Assembly (NCBI GenBank): GCA_964016885.1
Contig: OZ024742.1
Location: 106,640,001-106,704,000 of the forward strand
DNA length: 64,000 nucleotides
Reading direction: 5' to 3'
From: Eledone cirrhosa
Taxonomy: Eukaryota
Shown: positions 1 to 13,452 of the stretch, piece after piece
Numbering within the stretch: the first letter of the stretch is position 1
How the letters are laid out: each line of letters opens with the position of its first letter
Notes under the pieces: generated by a model
Databases searched by the model: none
What the model saw: only the letters and a program-made list of their open reading frames with translations
Told to the model about the DNA's origin: nothing
Position numbers and translations under genes: made by a program

Positions 1-50
1 ATGGTATATCGTGCAATGGCCATACTCGATAACGAGGGGGCAGGCATTAT
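1..50 (+). mobile_element. 3' end of RTE-related non-autonomous element, family 2 (cut by window edge)
   Basis: Near reverse complement of 5790-5843 and 21929-21980 (gcaatggccatactcgataacgagggggcag). Confidence 0.7.
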
Positions 51-64
51 ATATATATACATAC

Positions 65-318
65 ATGTTGTTGTTATTACAGCTTACACCTATGAAGGTT
101 TAGCTGGCCTCCTCCAAGGTATATCTCGTTGGAGGTGTCTTGGGTGATTTAATGATAGGGACCCCAGTCCCTATCATCTCATTTCTACAGCTGAGTAAAC
201 TGGATCAACGTGAAATAAAGTGACTTGCTCAAGGAAACAACACATCACCCGGTCCGAGAATTGAACTCACAACCTTTCGATTGCAAGCCCAATGCTCTAA
301 CAACTATGCCATGCACCT
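65..318 (-). mobile_element. Diverged tRNA-derived SINE (CORE-like)
   Basis: Minus strand shows a tRNA-like head (tggcatagttgttagagcattgggcttgcaatcgaaaggttgtgagttcaattctcgg) followed by ccttgagcaagtcacttt. Confidence 0.6.
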
Positions 319-401
319 TCACATACATGTATATATACATATACATATATATATATATACATACGTACATATTTGTATATACACATATAAATATATATAT
401 T

Positions 402-513
<112 letters not shown>

Positions 514-619
514 GGGGTTAACCCTCAGGGATGTGTGGACCACATTATGGTCTGTCGGTTGTGAAGCAGATCAAAAGAAGCACTCAACGACCTGTATAAA
601 TGGTGCAAGCCGGTTCCTT

Positions 620-962
620 ATATATTAATAAAAGATCGGAGTTGATTCAGGGTTATTTAAAACCTTGTTATACATATTTTACTGAAGACTATCAGTTATG
701 ATAGCCTGAGCTCTTCAGACGGTAAAACCTAAAAAAAAAAAACATTGAAAGTTCCTTAAAAAACCCTTTAAATTTGGAAAAATCCAATAACTTCTCCGAA
801 AAAGATCTTCTTTTCATGATACAAGGGGCCGGCCGAACGCATGGTGTTGTTTCCTCGACGGCCGAGGGTATCATAACTGATAGTCCTCAGTGAAATATGT
901 ATAACGGAGTTTTAAATAAACCTGAATCAACTGAATATGACCTCCGATCTGTTAATATTTAT
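620..962. mobile_element. Short element with ~90-bp imperfect inverted arms between TA-rich flanks (MITE or PLE inverted remnant)
   Basis: 620-708 is an imperfect reverse complement of 866-962 (gttgattcagggttatttaaaac / gttttaaataaacctgaatcaac; ctatcagttatgata / tatcataactgatag). Confidence 0.6.
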
Positions 963-974
963 ATATATTATATA

Positions 975-1081
975 TAACGGAGGAGTTGTGGTAAGGAACC
1001 AGATGGACCATAATGCACTAGAGTCCAGAAATAGCCGTCGAAACGGCTTGAGCTCTGCCGTCGGGGTCATACTTTCTCATA
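975..1081. mobile_element. Short two-armed PLE pLTR remnant (same family as 13157-13290 and 63010-63200)
   Basis: Left part matches 13157-13205 directly. Right part (cgaaacggcttgagctctgccgtcggggtc) matches the reverse complement of 13247-13277. (TA)n on both sides. Confidence 0.65.
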
Positions 1082-1101
1082 TATATATATATATATATAT
1101 A

Positions 1102-1316
1102 AGGGCGGTGGATTGGCAGTATCGGTAGAGGGTCGGATGCCATGCTTTGCAGCATAGAGTTACGGCTCTTTATGATCTGAGTTCAAATCCCGCCGAAGTT
1201 AACTTTGCCTTTCGTCCTTGCGGGGTCGATAAAATAAAGTACCAGTCACGCACTGGGGTCGATTTAATCGAATTTCCCCCAAATTGCTGGCCTTGTGCCT
1301 ATATAAGAAACCAATA
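1102..1316 (+). mobile_element. tRNA-derived SINE, major family of the window
   Basis: A box tggcagtatcgg, B box gttcaaatcc, core gccttt.atcctt.cggggtcgataaaataaagtaccag; more than 10 copies in the window. Confidence 0.85.
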
Positions 1317-1326
1317 TTTATATATA

Positions 1327-1404
<78 letters not shown>

Positions 1405-1502
1405 CCCATCGTCACCCAAACGGGAATGTGATGAATGGATGAATCTATTATGTGTATGTTATAAAGAAAATGGATTGTTGTAATATATGCATACATAAAC
1501 AC

Positions 1503-2289
1503 ATAATATAATTGAATAAACAAGAGAGATGAACGCTAATATAAATATACATGTGTTCGAATGGTAACGACCAAATTTGCTAGGGTGAAAAAATACTAAC
1601 TACAGCAATATGGTTTGTTATCCTTAACTTTAAATATTAAATTAAGAAAAATTAAGAAAAATAACAGACCTATAAAAATAACAGACCTATAAAAATTAGC
1701 TCTACATGATGGAGCCGACAAATATATATTGAGTTAAGAACTCAGAGTAGTCTCTTACAATTAAATAGCTCTAAGAAAAAAGCTTTTCCGAGCTAACTTT
1801 TAATGTCCTGTCAGCCAGGCTGCTATTTTTAGCGGCAGGGAATTTCGGGACAAGCTGGGTTCCGAATGACACGTGCGATATTTCATATCGCACACAATTC
1901 ATTCTCTAATATTTTTAGAAGTGAAAGGATCACTAATTTCTCAACAACTACTGAGGAGCAGAGAAACGTGTGAACATCCCTTAATAAGATGTTGCGAAAC
2001 AGTCTCCAATACTGTCTAGTTGTTACCAGGCGTTTTGCCCAATATAGGTCTGTTATTTTTCTTAATTTTTCTTAATTTAATATTTAAAGTTAAGGATAAA
2101 AAAACCATATTGCTGTAGTTAGTATTTTTTCACCCTAGCAAATTTGGTCCTTACAATTCGAACACATGTGTGTTTATATTAGTGTTCATCTCTCTTGTTT
2201 ATTCAATTATATTGTACGGCTCGGAAAAGCTTTTTTCTTAGAGCTATTTAATTGTAAGAGACCACTCTGAGTTCTTAACTCAATATATA
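1503..2289. mobile_element. Non-coding PLE-type element with interleaved inverted repeats and a hammerhead ribozyme
   Basis: 1505-1675 is inverted at 2043-2212; 1724-1793 is inverted at 2219-2288; HHR at 1943-2024; TA-rich flanks. Confidence 0.75.
1943..2024 (+). ncRNA. Type I hammerhead ribozyme (canonical core)
   Basis: Stem I aacaacta/tagttgtt; CTGAGGA; stem II gca...tgc; GAAA; stem III acagt/actgt; GTC cleavage triplet at 2014-2016. Confidence 0.9.
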
Positions 2290-2417
2290 CATAAACACAT
2301 ATATATTTATATATATATATTTGTGTGTATGTGTGTGCGTGTGTATAGATACATAAATATATAGTTATATATATATATATATATAGAAGTGGTTACACAA
2401 CAGATAGTTCACCATAC

Positions 2418-2455
2418 CGAGAACAATTGTTTCACCTTAGCGGATCCTCAGCTCG
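2418..2455 (-). ncRNA. Minimal type I hammerhead ribozyme
   Basis: Minus strand: cgag CTGAGGA t-cc-gctaa-gg-t GAAA caattg TT ctcg; palindromic stem III acaattgt. Confidence 0.8.
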
Positions 2456-2824
2456 TAATGGACATGGTTATACGGAACAGGTAGGACAACCGTACGAACG
2501 CGCATGCGCAGAAACAAACACTTCACACAGGCAATACTAAAACGCATGCGAGAAGTGTAAGGGAGATAACTGCGAAAGTCCGAAATGTTTCTAGTTGATA
2601 AAAAAATTAGGGTGTTGTAATTCAATCTGGAGCTTTGTAGTTACGTAAGAGGTGTTTCGAGACGTGTGGACAACGTGTGAAGAATTTATTTCTCGTGTTT
2701 AGGCAATCACTATTGCATAATCTCTTTAGAATATTTATTCGTTCATCAATACATAGTCCACACGACGGATTTCCCCTTGCGTATGGCTTGGACTTAGTGA
2801 TGGCTTTCCATTGAATGGAGTAGT

Positions 2825-3619
2825 CTATACTTGAGTCCTTGAGGGACTATACGTGTCTCGTGAGTTTCGTCTGTCCGGGTACCTAAAGATCGACTGGTGG
2901 TTCAGGAAGCGTTCCTTAAATCGGCCCTCCGCCATACCCACATAGGATTTGACCTCCTCTGGTTGATTTGGTTGGTTGGAAGTGACGACAGCTTCATAAA
3001 CTACAGCGGGTGTGTTGCATTGCTGTTGAAGGAGACAAGCTTCGGGCCTACGGCAAGAGCACCCTGGTGGGTTGTTGCTCTTAGGGCTGTTGGTGATGTG
3101 GGCCTTCATGTTCTTAGCGCAAGAGTATCCTAGTTTTACTTTGTGTCGGTTAAAGATGGAGCGGTATTTATGACCTATGGGAAAATGTCTATCTAAGAGG
3201 GCTAGAAATTTTTTGTCTACATTGGTTTTAACGTTGAGTGAGAAGGGAGGAGAGAACCAGATAGTTTGTCTATTGTTGCGCTTTCTTTTCTTATTGCTGT
3301 TGTTGATAGTGATAGAGTAAGTGATAGGTTGCGAGAAGCCGCTGTTAGCTAACGCCGTGTTATAGTAGGGTCCCGCCCTGCCAAAGATAACCTTATTAGA
3401 GGAGAGTTTTGAGATTTTAGTAGTGATATTATTTACGAAGTTTCTAAAAACAGTGGGAGGGTGGCATGAGTCCTTGTGAATGTAATTAAGTTTTTCGTTT
3501 AGCTTATGGAAGGGTCTGAAGGTATGTGTGCGAAGGTCTAAATTAATGTCTAAGTAATTTACGCTAGAGAGGTTGGTAGCTACTGTTATCCTAAGTCCTA
3601 ACTCATTGAAGGTAGAAGC

Positions 3620-3620
<1 letters not shown>
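2825..3620 (-). pseudogene. PLE RT-thumb + partial GIY-YIG endonuclease fragment
   Basis: ORF track 2825..3718 without its microsatellite-derived N-terminus; the second half of the GIY-YIG domain is missing. Confidence 0.8.
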
Positions 3621-3695
<75 letters not shown>

Positions 3696-4020
3696 CATAT
3701 ATACATATATACATACACATATGGATATGTATGTATATGTATGTGTCTGTGTGTATGAATATTTTGTGTAAATCACACTTACACACACGCACACACAAAA
3801 TAACAGATCACAGCCTGTTTAAAGAACGCAAACACTAATATACAATCGTACACGTGCTACTTAAAAGAGATATTATAGTACAGATACGTGTATAGGGCAG
3901 GTACATAAATACATACCTACATACATTCATAAATAAATTCCTACATACACGCATACATACACACATACATACATACATACATACATACATACATACATAC
4001 ATACATACATACATACATAC

Positions 4021-4553
4021 ATGATGATGGCTGCCAACTCGTTTTCGAGTACGGCCACTACTTTATATCCATCTAGGAGAACCCCTACCGATGCGCTGAA
4101 ACGAGTGTGACTTTTTAGTCCAGCCAGCGACTTGAAAACTCTGGTACAAACACTACACTTGTGACAATTATTGACACATAGTGCTGGGCCCATGGTACCA
4201 TGTGACGACAAGTGCAGAGAGATCTCCAGATATAAAGCAATGCCTGTGCCGTGAAGCTTTTATAGTGAGCAAAGGCACTGCACAAAGCCAGTCCCACTCT
4301 CTTAACCAAGATGATATTTACCAAAAAGAAGAACAAGTCAACATCATTGGATACCATCAGGATTGCAGGTGTTATATCAGAGTTTTCTTTCTCCTAGAAT
4401 TCTGCCTTGACAATGGCTAAGGGGTCATCTCTCCCGGTGATTTTGGATGGCCATTGACTCTTAAGAGCTCCTTTGCTCTGTGACAGGTTTTGTTTTTAGC
4501 CCTGCAGGATGTCAAAAGTCACCCTCCTCACCAAGAAACATTGGTGGGGTTGC
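4021..4553 (-). mobile_element. RTE-derived non-autonomous retroelement, family 1, 5'-truncated, in (TACA)n
   Basis: Near-identical to 5177-5634, 23357-23682 and 58557-59189. 3' part translates to an RTE-like terminal zinc finger ([19 protein letters not shown]); (TGTA)n tail. Confidence 0.8.
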
Positions 4554-4623
4554 CATATATATACATACATACATACATACATACATATACATACATACAT
4601 ACATATATATACATACATACATA

Positions 4624-4655
<32 letters not shown>

Positions 4656-4696
4656 CAAATATATATACATACATACATACATATATATATACATAC

Positions 4697-4735
<39 letters not shown>

Positions 4736-4895
4736 CATACATATATATATATACATACATACATATATATATATACATACATACATATACATACATACAT
4801 ATATATTTATATACATATATATATATATATACATATACACATACATATATATATATACATATATATATACACATACATATATATACATATATATA

Positions 4896-4973
<78 letters not shown>

Positions 4974-5132
4974 CATATATATATATATAAACATACATAT
5001 ACACATATATATATATACATATACATACATACATATACATATATATATATACACATACATACACATATATACATATACATATATATATATACATATATAC
5101 ATATATATATACATACATACATATATATATAC

Positions 5133-5163
<31 letters not shown>

Positions 5164-5176
5164 CATATATATATAC
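4554..5176. repeat. (TA)n/(TACA)n compound microsatellite
   Basis: Direct reading. Confidence 0.95.
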
Positions 5177-5634
5177 ATGGTGGCTGCCAACTCGTTTTCG
5201 AGTACGGCCACTACTTTATATCCATGTAGGAGAACCCCTACCGATGCGCTGAACGAGTGTGACTTTTTAGTCCAGCCAGCGACTTGAAAACTCTGGTACA
5301 AACACTACACTTGTGACAATTATTGACACATAGTGCTGGGCCCTTGGTACCATGTGACGACAAGTGCAGAGAGATCTCCAGATATAAAGCAATGCCTGTG
5401 CCGTGAAGCTTTTATAGTGAGCAAAGGCACTGCACAAAGCCAGTCCCACTCTCTTAACCAAGATGATATTTACCAAAAAGAAGAACAAGTCAACATCATT
5501 GGATACCATCAGGGTTGCAGGTGTTATATCAGAGTTTTCCTTCTCCTAGAATTCTGCCTTGACAAAGGCTAAGGGGTCATCTCTCCCGGTGATTTTGGAT
5601 GGCCATTGACTCTTAAGAGCTCCCTTGCCCTTTG
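5177..5634 (-). mobile_element. RTE-derived non-autonomous retroelement, family 1, 5'-truncated
   Basis: Same 3' end as the 4021 copy, with a different 5' truncation point. Confidence 0.8.
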
Positions 5635-5789
5635 TACATACATACATATATATATACATACATATATACATACATACATATATACATACATATATTTACA
5701 TACATATATATACATACATACATATATATATATACATATATATATATATACATACATATATATATACATATATATAAACATACATATAT

Positions 5790-6002
5790 TATGATGATGG
5801 CTGCCCCCTCGTTATCGAGTATTGCCATTGCACGATATACCATTATTAATAATTATTAATTAATTCTATCGTGCAATGCCTGTGCGTGAAGATATATTTT
5901 AAAGTGAGGAAAGACTGTGCACTGAACCAATCCCACTCTCTGAGCGACAGTAGCTATAACCCGAAAAGAAGAAAAGATCAACATCATCGGTAACTACTGA
6001 GC
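5790..6002 (-). mobile_element. RTE-related non-autonomous element, family 2
   Basis: Matches 21929-22125; shares blocks with family 1 (gcaatgcctgtgc, tcccactctc, aaaagaagaa..tcaacatcat). Confidence 0.7.
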
Positions 6003-6680
6003 ATTTTGAAAATGACAAAATGGAGAATAGGAAATTAAAAATTAAAAAAATTTAAAATATAAAAGTTAAAATTAAAAATTTATAATAATCATACTTACAT
6101 ACATAAATAAATGCATGCATACATACATGCATACATAGATACATGAAGATACATACATACATACATACATACATACATACATACATACATACATACATAC
6201 ATACATACATACATACATACAGATTATGCATACATAGATGCATACATATATACATACATAAATACATACATAAATACATACATAAATATATTCATGCATA
6301 CATGCATACATGAATACATACATAGATCTATAAATACATACATACATGCTTACATACATAAATACATACATACATGCATACATACATAGATGCATACATA
6401 GATGTATACATACATACATACATTCATACATACATATGTACATACATGCAAACATACATTCTTACATACATAAATACATACATACATGCATACATACATG
6501 CATATATACATAGATATATACATAAATGCATACATACATAAATAAATGCATACATACAGGCACACATAAATAGATATATACATACGTACATACATACATG
6601 CTTATATACATAAATACATGCGTACATACATAGATGCAAACATACATACATGTATCCATACATACATTCATACATACATA

Positions 6681-8157
6681 CATATTTGGCAGTAAAACGT
6701 GGAAGAGCTGTGCCATCCTCTAGAAATCTAGAGATGAACGGCCTGACAATACAACCTCTACAGTCAGGTGACAACTACAGAGAAATTGGACAGGATGAGA
6801 ATGTCAGATATGATGGACCCATAAATAAGGAGAAAACCAGAACTGAATACCTCAGAAGAGTAAAGAAAATATGGTCATCAGAACTGTCAGCGTACAACAA
6901 ATATATTGCCCACAATACTTATGCTGTGCCAATTCTAATGCCAACATTTGGCCTACTGAACTGGTCATTTCAAGAACTAAGTGAGATGGATGTTAGAACT
7001 CGCAAACTTCTCAGTGTTACTGGGAACTTTAACATCAATGTTGATGTGGATAGGCTATACTTCTCACGCAAGGAAAGTGGCTGGGGTCTAAAATCCATAT
7101 TAACATCATATGAGACCCGGATAGTAACACTGAAGCAACATCTTCAACAGAGGAAAAAGGTTGGCAACCATCTTGCTCAGGTTTATGAGCATGAAGAAAA
7201 AAATATTATTGGGATAGCCACTGATCTGGAGGTGAGATATGGAATAAAGCCTGATATAAATCTCTCACCCAGAGAAATCAAACAAGATGAACAAATTGAC
7301 CAATTTACAGAAAAGGTTGTGCATGGATACTTGAGACGTAAAACACAGATCATAGGGGGGATAAACCACTCAAAAAGCCTGACATGGAGTTCCGACAAGT
7401 TTATGACATCACACCTTGAGGGATATCTCTATGCAATACAGGAACAAGAACTCCCTACCAAATATCTGCTGCACAAAAGAGGAAGGCCATCAGTTGACAA
7501 TAAATGTAGGCTATGTAAAACAAAGATCGAAGATGTAAGCCACATTGTTGCCAGCTGCGAAAGAATGTCATCACGCTACTACCTCCCCATGAGGCACGAT
7601 GGGATAGCTAGAACCATCTGGAACGCACTTCGCGAAACAAAATTAACAACAAACGAGGAAGAATATATTGAGACAGATGGCACTAAGGAATACTGGTGGA
7701 ACCTGAAAATAAAAACTGCCACCAAATTAAAGCACAACCGGTCTGATATTGTTGTTTGGGACCACACATTGAAAACGTTTCTGTTGTGGCGATCAGTTGC
7801 CCACTTGATGTAAACGTTGTCAGAAAAATACAGGAGAAGGAGGACATCTACGGACCATTGATGAGGAGTTTACAAATCCAGTATCCAAGATACACCTTTA
7901 GCTTCATACCCATCATTATTGGAGCTACGGGTTATATACCAACCCGCTTGGACCAATGTATAACTGAACTTGGATTTGCGGACAAAGAGCGCAGCTCCCT
8001 AATTCATAGTCTACAAATGGCTGCGATAGCTGGCACCTTCAAAATTTGCAAAACATTCTTGCGATTCAAGGGATGACAATTTCTTTTCTTTTACAACCTT
8101 GCCACCAGGAAGGTGGCCGGTCAAAAAAATATACTCGAAATTAAGAGAAAGCGATAA
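6681..8157 (+). mobile_element. R4/Dong-type RLE non-LTR retrotransposon, family A, 5'-truncated and disabled, in (TACA)n
   Basis: ORFs 6650..7813 and 7756..8076 (frameshift): RT C-terminus, CCHC knuckle CRLC..HIVASC, RHD, RLE motif. Near-identical to 28449-29948; (CATA)n on both flanks. Confidence 0.9.
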
Positions 8158-8379
8158 CATACATTCATACATACACACGTACGTACATACATACATACAT
8201 ACATACATACATACATACATACATACATACATACATACATACATACATACATACATACGTACGCACATGTATTACAGTGCTGAAATATATCGTCAACAAA
8301 TATGCAGAACTTAAGTATGGCAATATGAGTTTGCGGCGTCTCTTTTACAAAGCTATCAGTTTTCACAGTGTATTGAACA

Positions 8380-8895
8380 AAATAGCTGGCGGGAACGCTA
8401 GATTTATCCAAAAACAGCAACAATAACAACAACAACAACAACAAAAACAAAAAGCTGGCGGGAACGCTAGAACAACAACAACAACAACAAAAATAATGCA
8501 TTTTAAGAAGATGGCGACAGTGGAAAGTAGCGGGAAAGTTAGACCTATCTTGGAATTGTTTTCAAAATAATGTTTTATTTTCTTACAAAAATATCCAATT
8601 TGAGATAGAACGGTCGAAAGGAAAATAAAAGAAAAGGCCGCTAACAGACGCACAAAAAAACATCAGAAAACAAAAAATTTAATATAAAAAGAATTGTTTT
8701 TGATTAAAAAATATATTTTAAAAAATATGCAACAAAGATAAAATAGAAAAAAAAAAAAAAAAAGGTTAAATACAAAGAATGTGTAATAGTATGTGATTGT
8801 AATTCTTTCAAATGTATTTCTTATCATAAGGGAAATTAAAAAGCGAACCAAGCGATAAAAGTCGAGGCAACGAACGAAGTATTGCGCCAAATAGA
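8380..8895. promoter_or_regulatory. Candidate promoter: E2F-like and YY1-like motif cluster
   Basis: GGCGGGAA at 8388 and 8457, AGCGGGAAA at 8529, GCGCCAAA at 8884, AAGATGGCG at 8508, in non-repeat-looking sequence. Confidence 0.3.
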
Positions 8896-9249
8896 CAAAT
8901 AGATTACGTTTTCTGCCGAGGTTGTTTGATTCAATTGTAGAAGATTTCTATAACGTGCTGTATTTTTTTGTTTGTTTGTGTGTCTGTTTCTTGTGTGTTG
9001 GTTTTGTTTTGTTTTTTATGTTTTTCTTATTTTTTTAACTCCTCGCCACCACCCTATCCCACCTTACCCCCATCCCACCCCACTCTTGTTAATATGGTAA
9101 CACAGAAGCGTGTGGTTTCGAATCTAACTACAACATATGTCTGCAGGAAAAGAAGTAAGAAGCTTTGCTGTTGTTGTTAATGTTGTTGTTGTTGTTGTTG
9201 TTGTTGTTTTGTAATGTTTTTATTTTTTTCAATCGGACTATTTTAATTG

Positions 9250-10125
<876 letters not shown>

Positions 10126-10214
10126 TCATATGACATCTACATCTTCGGGCGGGATACAGTGAATAGGGGGAATACTGTTAGAAACCGTTAGAAAGATGGT
10201 CGACATATGAAATG

Positions 10215-10945
10215 ATATTCATAATACTCAGATTATTAGAGTCGTTAGAGTGTCAGACAAATGTTTACCAGTATTTGTTCCAGCTCTTTACGTTCTAGGT
10301 TTAAATCCCGCCGGGATCAACTCTAAGGTCGATAAAATAAGGTACTAGACAAGTACTGGGGTAGATACAGAGTAGATACAGGGAATTTCCCCTTTTCCCT
10401 CTAAAACTGCTGGCTTTGTACAAAACTAAGAAATCATTAAGATCGGGGTGTTAACAGAGTCATTAGGATAGGATAAGGATAAAGATCCCATAATTCCTTG
10501 TGGAGTCCTAGAAGCACTGTCATACGGGGTGTCTAGGGCACTTTTAAACCTGGTGGAGCCCAACCCTCTCCAGGTTTGAACACAGCCGATTTTTTTCTAT
10601 CGAGGAAGAATCGACCTCAGTACTGGACTGGTACTCTTTTATCGACCTCGAAAGGATGGAAGGCAAAGCGGACCACGGTGGCATTTGAACTCAGAGAGCT
10701 TAAGAGGGTTGGACGAATACCGTAAAGCATTCTATCCGACGTCTTAATGACTCTGCCAATTCGCCGCACATCAGACAAATGCTCAGCAGAGTTTGCTCCG
10801 GCTTTTTACGTTCTGAGGTCATATTCCGCCGAGGTCGACTTTAACTTTTATCATACCAAGTCGATATAACAAAGTACCTGTAAAGTACGGGGTTCGATAT
10901 AATCGATTTTCCCATCTCGAAAAACTGCTGACCAGATGTTAGAAT
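10215..10945. mobile_element. Cluster of three diverged tRNA-SINE copies (+, -, +); the minus copy has an alternative 3' tail
   Basis: Core gtcgataaaa..gtacc at ~10330 (+), ~10640 (-) and ~10860 (+); tail 10465-10600 matches 38745-38880. Confidence 0.7.
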
Positions 10946-11378
10946 TTTAAAATTTCAAAAATAGTTGAACCACCAATCCTATTGTGTCATATGATCTGAT
11001 GAGACCTGCTAAAGAGTGGCATTACCTCTAGTGGGGTTTTATTCTGCCTACGTTACATTGTTGACTATTTGGGACACTCAATTATTACCAATTAACTAGT
11101 GTACTCGTGTTGTCAATAATAGTGCCAATAGCGTTGAATGTATTTAATTGTTGTTGTCCAGTACTGGTATGCCATATATATATCAAGATTCCTGGCTACA
11201 TAAACAACCATATAATTTGCGCTTTGATAAATGTATCGTTCGCATAAGAGAAACCCTATAGTTTATGTTGGTTACTGAAACATGGAAGTAAATAAAATGA
11301 AAATAATATTTTGATAATATATTTCTTGGATACAATTACATAAATGTCCAGAACATATGTATATACATGTTTCATTTG

Positions 11379-11523
<145 letters not shown>

Positions 11524-11664
11524 TAAGTTGATCTTTTATTAATATATAATGCTCCGACTTACACCATTTATACAGGTCGTTGAGCGCTTCTTTTTATCTG
11601 CTTCGCAACCGACAGACCATAACGTGGTCCACACATCTCTGTTCGATTACCCACATACTCTAAC

Positions 11665-11749
<85 letters not shown>

Positions 11750-12204
11750 CAAATGAAGTTACAGATAATAAATGTAATGAGTAACTTTGTAGAAATGGCA
11801 TTTACAGAGTCTGACCCCAGGACCATGTGATTGGAAAGCAAACTTTTTGTTGTAGGAATACTCTGAGATTGGAAGTACATTGTGTGTATATGTGTGTGGA
11901 CATTTTAAAGAGTTACAGACGAAATATATATATATATATAAATATATGCGCTCGCGTAGCGTATTATTGTGGTTGATTGTAACAAGAGGAAGAAACAGTT
12001 TCTTCTTCCCTCCACCCTTTGCTACAGTTAAATAAGTATCTTCTGTTCCCTCCTCATCGAGTTGCGACCTATAAGAGTGAGTATTGTTTTCTTTGTGCCA
12101 GCAACAAAAACTACGACATCCGACTTACATAAGAAACATCCGACTTACATATTTCCATCCTTGCACGTTGTAGTGAACACTGCATTATCAAAAGATTGAG
12201 AGGT

Positions 12205-12365
12205 TTGTTTTGCAATTATTAGGTCCCAGCTTCGAACCCACTGCTTGTGATAAATGGCACTTGCCGTAATCTTGGGCAAGTACCATTTATCTTAGCCATG
12301 GCTACCCATGCTTTGTAAGTGAAATTGGCTAGACAGAAACTGTTTGAAATACCATCGTATGGACA
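12205..12365 (+). mobile_element. Diverged CORE-like SINE (related to 47625-47790)
   Basis: ttcgaaccca B-box remnant, cttgggcaagt, ctttgtaagtgaaattgg..gaaactg. Confidence 0.5.
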
Positions 12366-12997
12366 GTGCCTCTAATTCAATGAGGTCAACCTGCTAGAAA
12401 TAGCAGCCAAACATTTTCTCTCGAGTAACACTTTACCGTCTCAGAAAAAGGAAGGTACATTGGACAGTGTAGTCTCCAATATAAACGACAAGTTCGTCAT
12501 AGCTAACTTTGCGGCAAACAACAGCGGCAACAACACAAAGGCCAAGGGGAAATTATGCACCTTTTATGACACCATACTGATTTCTAGTGTTGTTGTGGTT
12601 GTTTGTATGTAACAATACATCAACCCTGTATCAGAAACTACATTGTCCAATGTACCTCTTTTTATTTGAGGGCGAGTTGGCTGGTCGCTATTTATAACAC
12701 TATACGTGAACTGTATGATCACAGACGTTCCACATTATTTAATTAGCTGTTGTATTTTGAGTAGAAACATGTAAAATGCCCAACGATCTGTTAACGATAT
12801 CATTTTTAAAAAATACAGATATATAATGTTTGAATAGAACAAGCCACATAACGTTGTTCTTTTTTTTCTATTTATTTTGGCAGAATGTATGGAATTCCGA
12901 ACCGTTTAGACATTTTTAAGAGACCCTAGGGATCTTGTAACACAGGCTTTGTGCCAGACAACATCTACGATTTACTTTGATAATCGCTCCACTAATG

Positions 12998-13091
<94 letters not shown>

Positions 13092-13156
13092 GTATATATA
13101 TATATATTCAGATAAAGAATTCAGAAACGATATATATATATATATATATATATATA

Positions 13157-13290
13157 ACGAAGGAAATGTGGTAAGGAACCAGGTGGACCATAACGCACCA
13201 AAGTACTCAATACTTAGGGTAGTAGAGTGGGTAATAGGAACGAGTAGGACCCCGACGGCTGAGCTCAAGCCGTTTCGGCTTTCATAGGTT
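13157..13290 (-). mobile_element. Short PLE pLTR remnant carrying the 3' half of a hammerhead
   Basis: Minus strand: GAAA cggct tgagctc agccg TC ggggtc; homologous to 975-1081 and 63010-63200. Confidence 0.6.
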
Positions 13291-13375
13291 ATAGATTCCA
13301 TACACTGATGGTTTTTTCCCTGTTTTATTGATAGCGCACTGTATATCTCTCTCTGGTGTGTTACCTTTTCAACAT

Positions 13376-13446
<71 letters not shown>

Positions 13447-13452
<6 letters not shown>

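Larger units (their letters stand above)
2386..3622 (-). mobile_element. 5'-truncated Penelope-like retroelement (probably Hydra clade) inserted in (TA)n
   Basis: ORF 2825-3620 encodes an RT C-terminus/thumb ([21 protein letters not shown]), a CxCx5Cx5C linker ([15 protein letters not shown]) and the start of a GIY-YIG domain (VVY...[14 protein letters not shown]). HHR in the 3' region; (TA)n on both sides. Confidence 0.85.

Noticed and set aside
680-900. Hammerhead in the 620-962 inverted-repeat element (ctgaaga/ctgagga)
   Set aside because: Could not form convincing stems I-III around the core.
1102-1200. tRNA genes at SINE heads
   Set aside because: A/B boxes are present but there is no full cloverleaf; each continues into a SINE core and is multi-copy.
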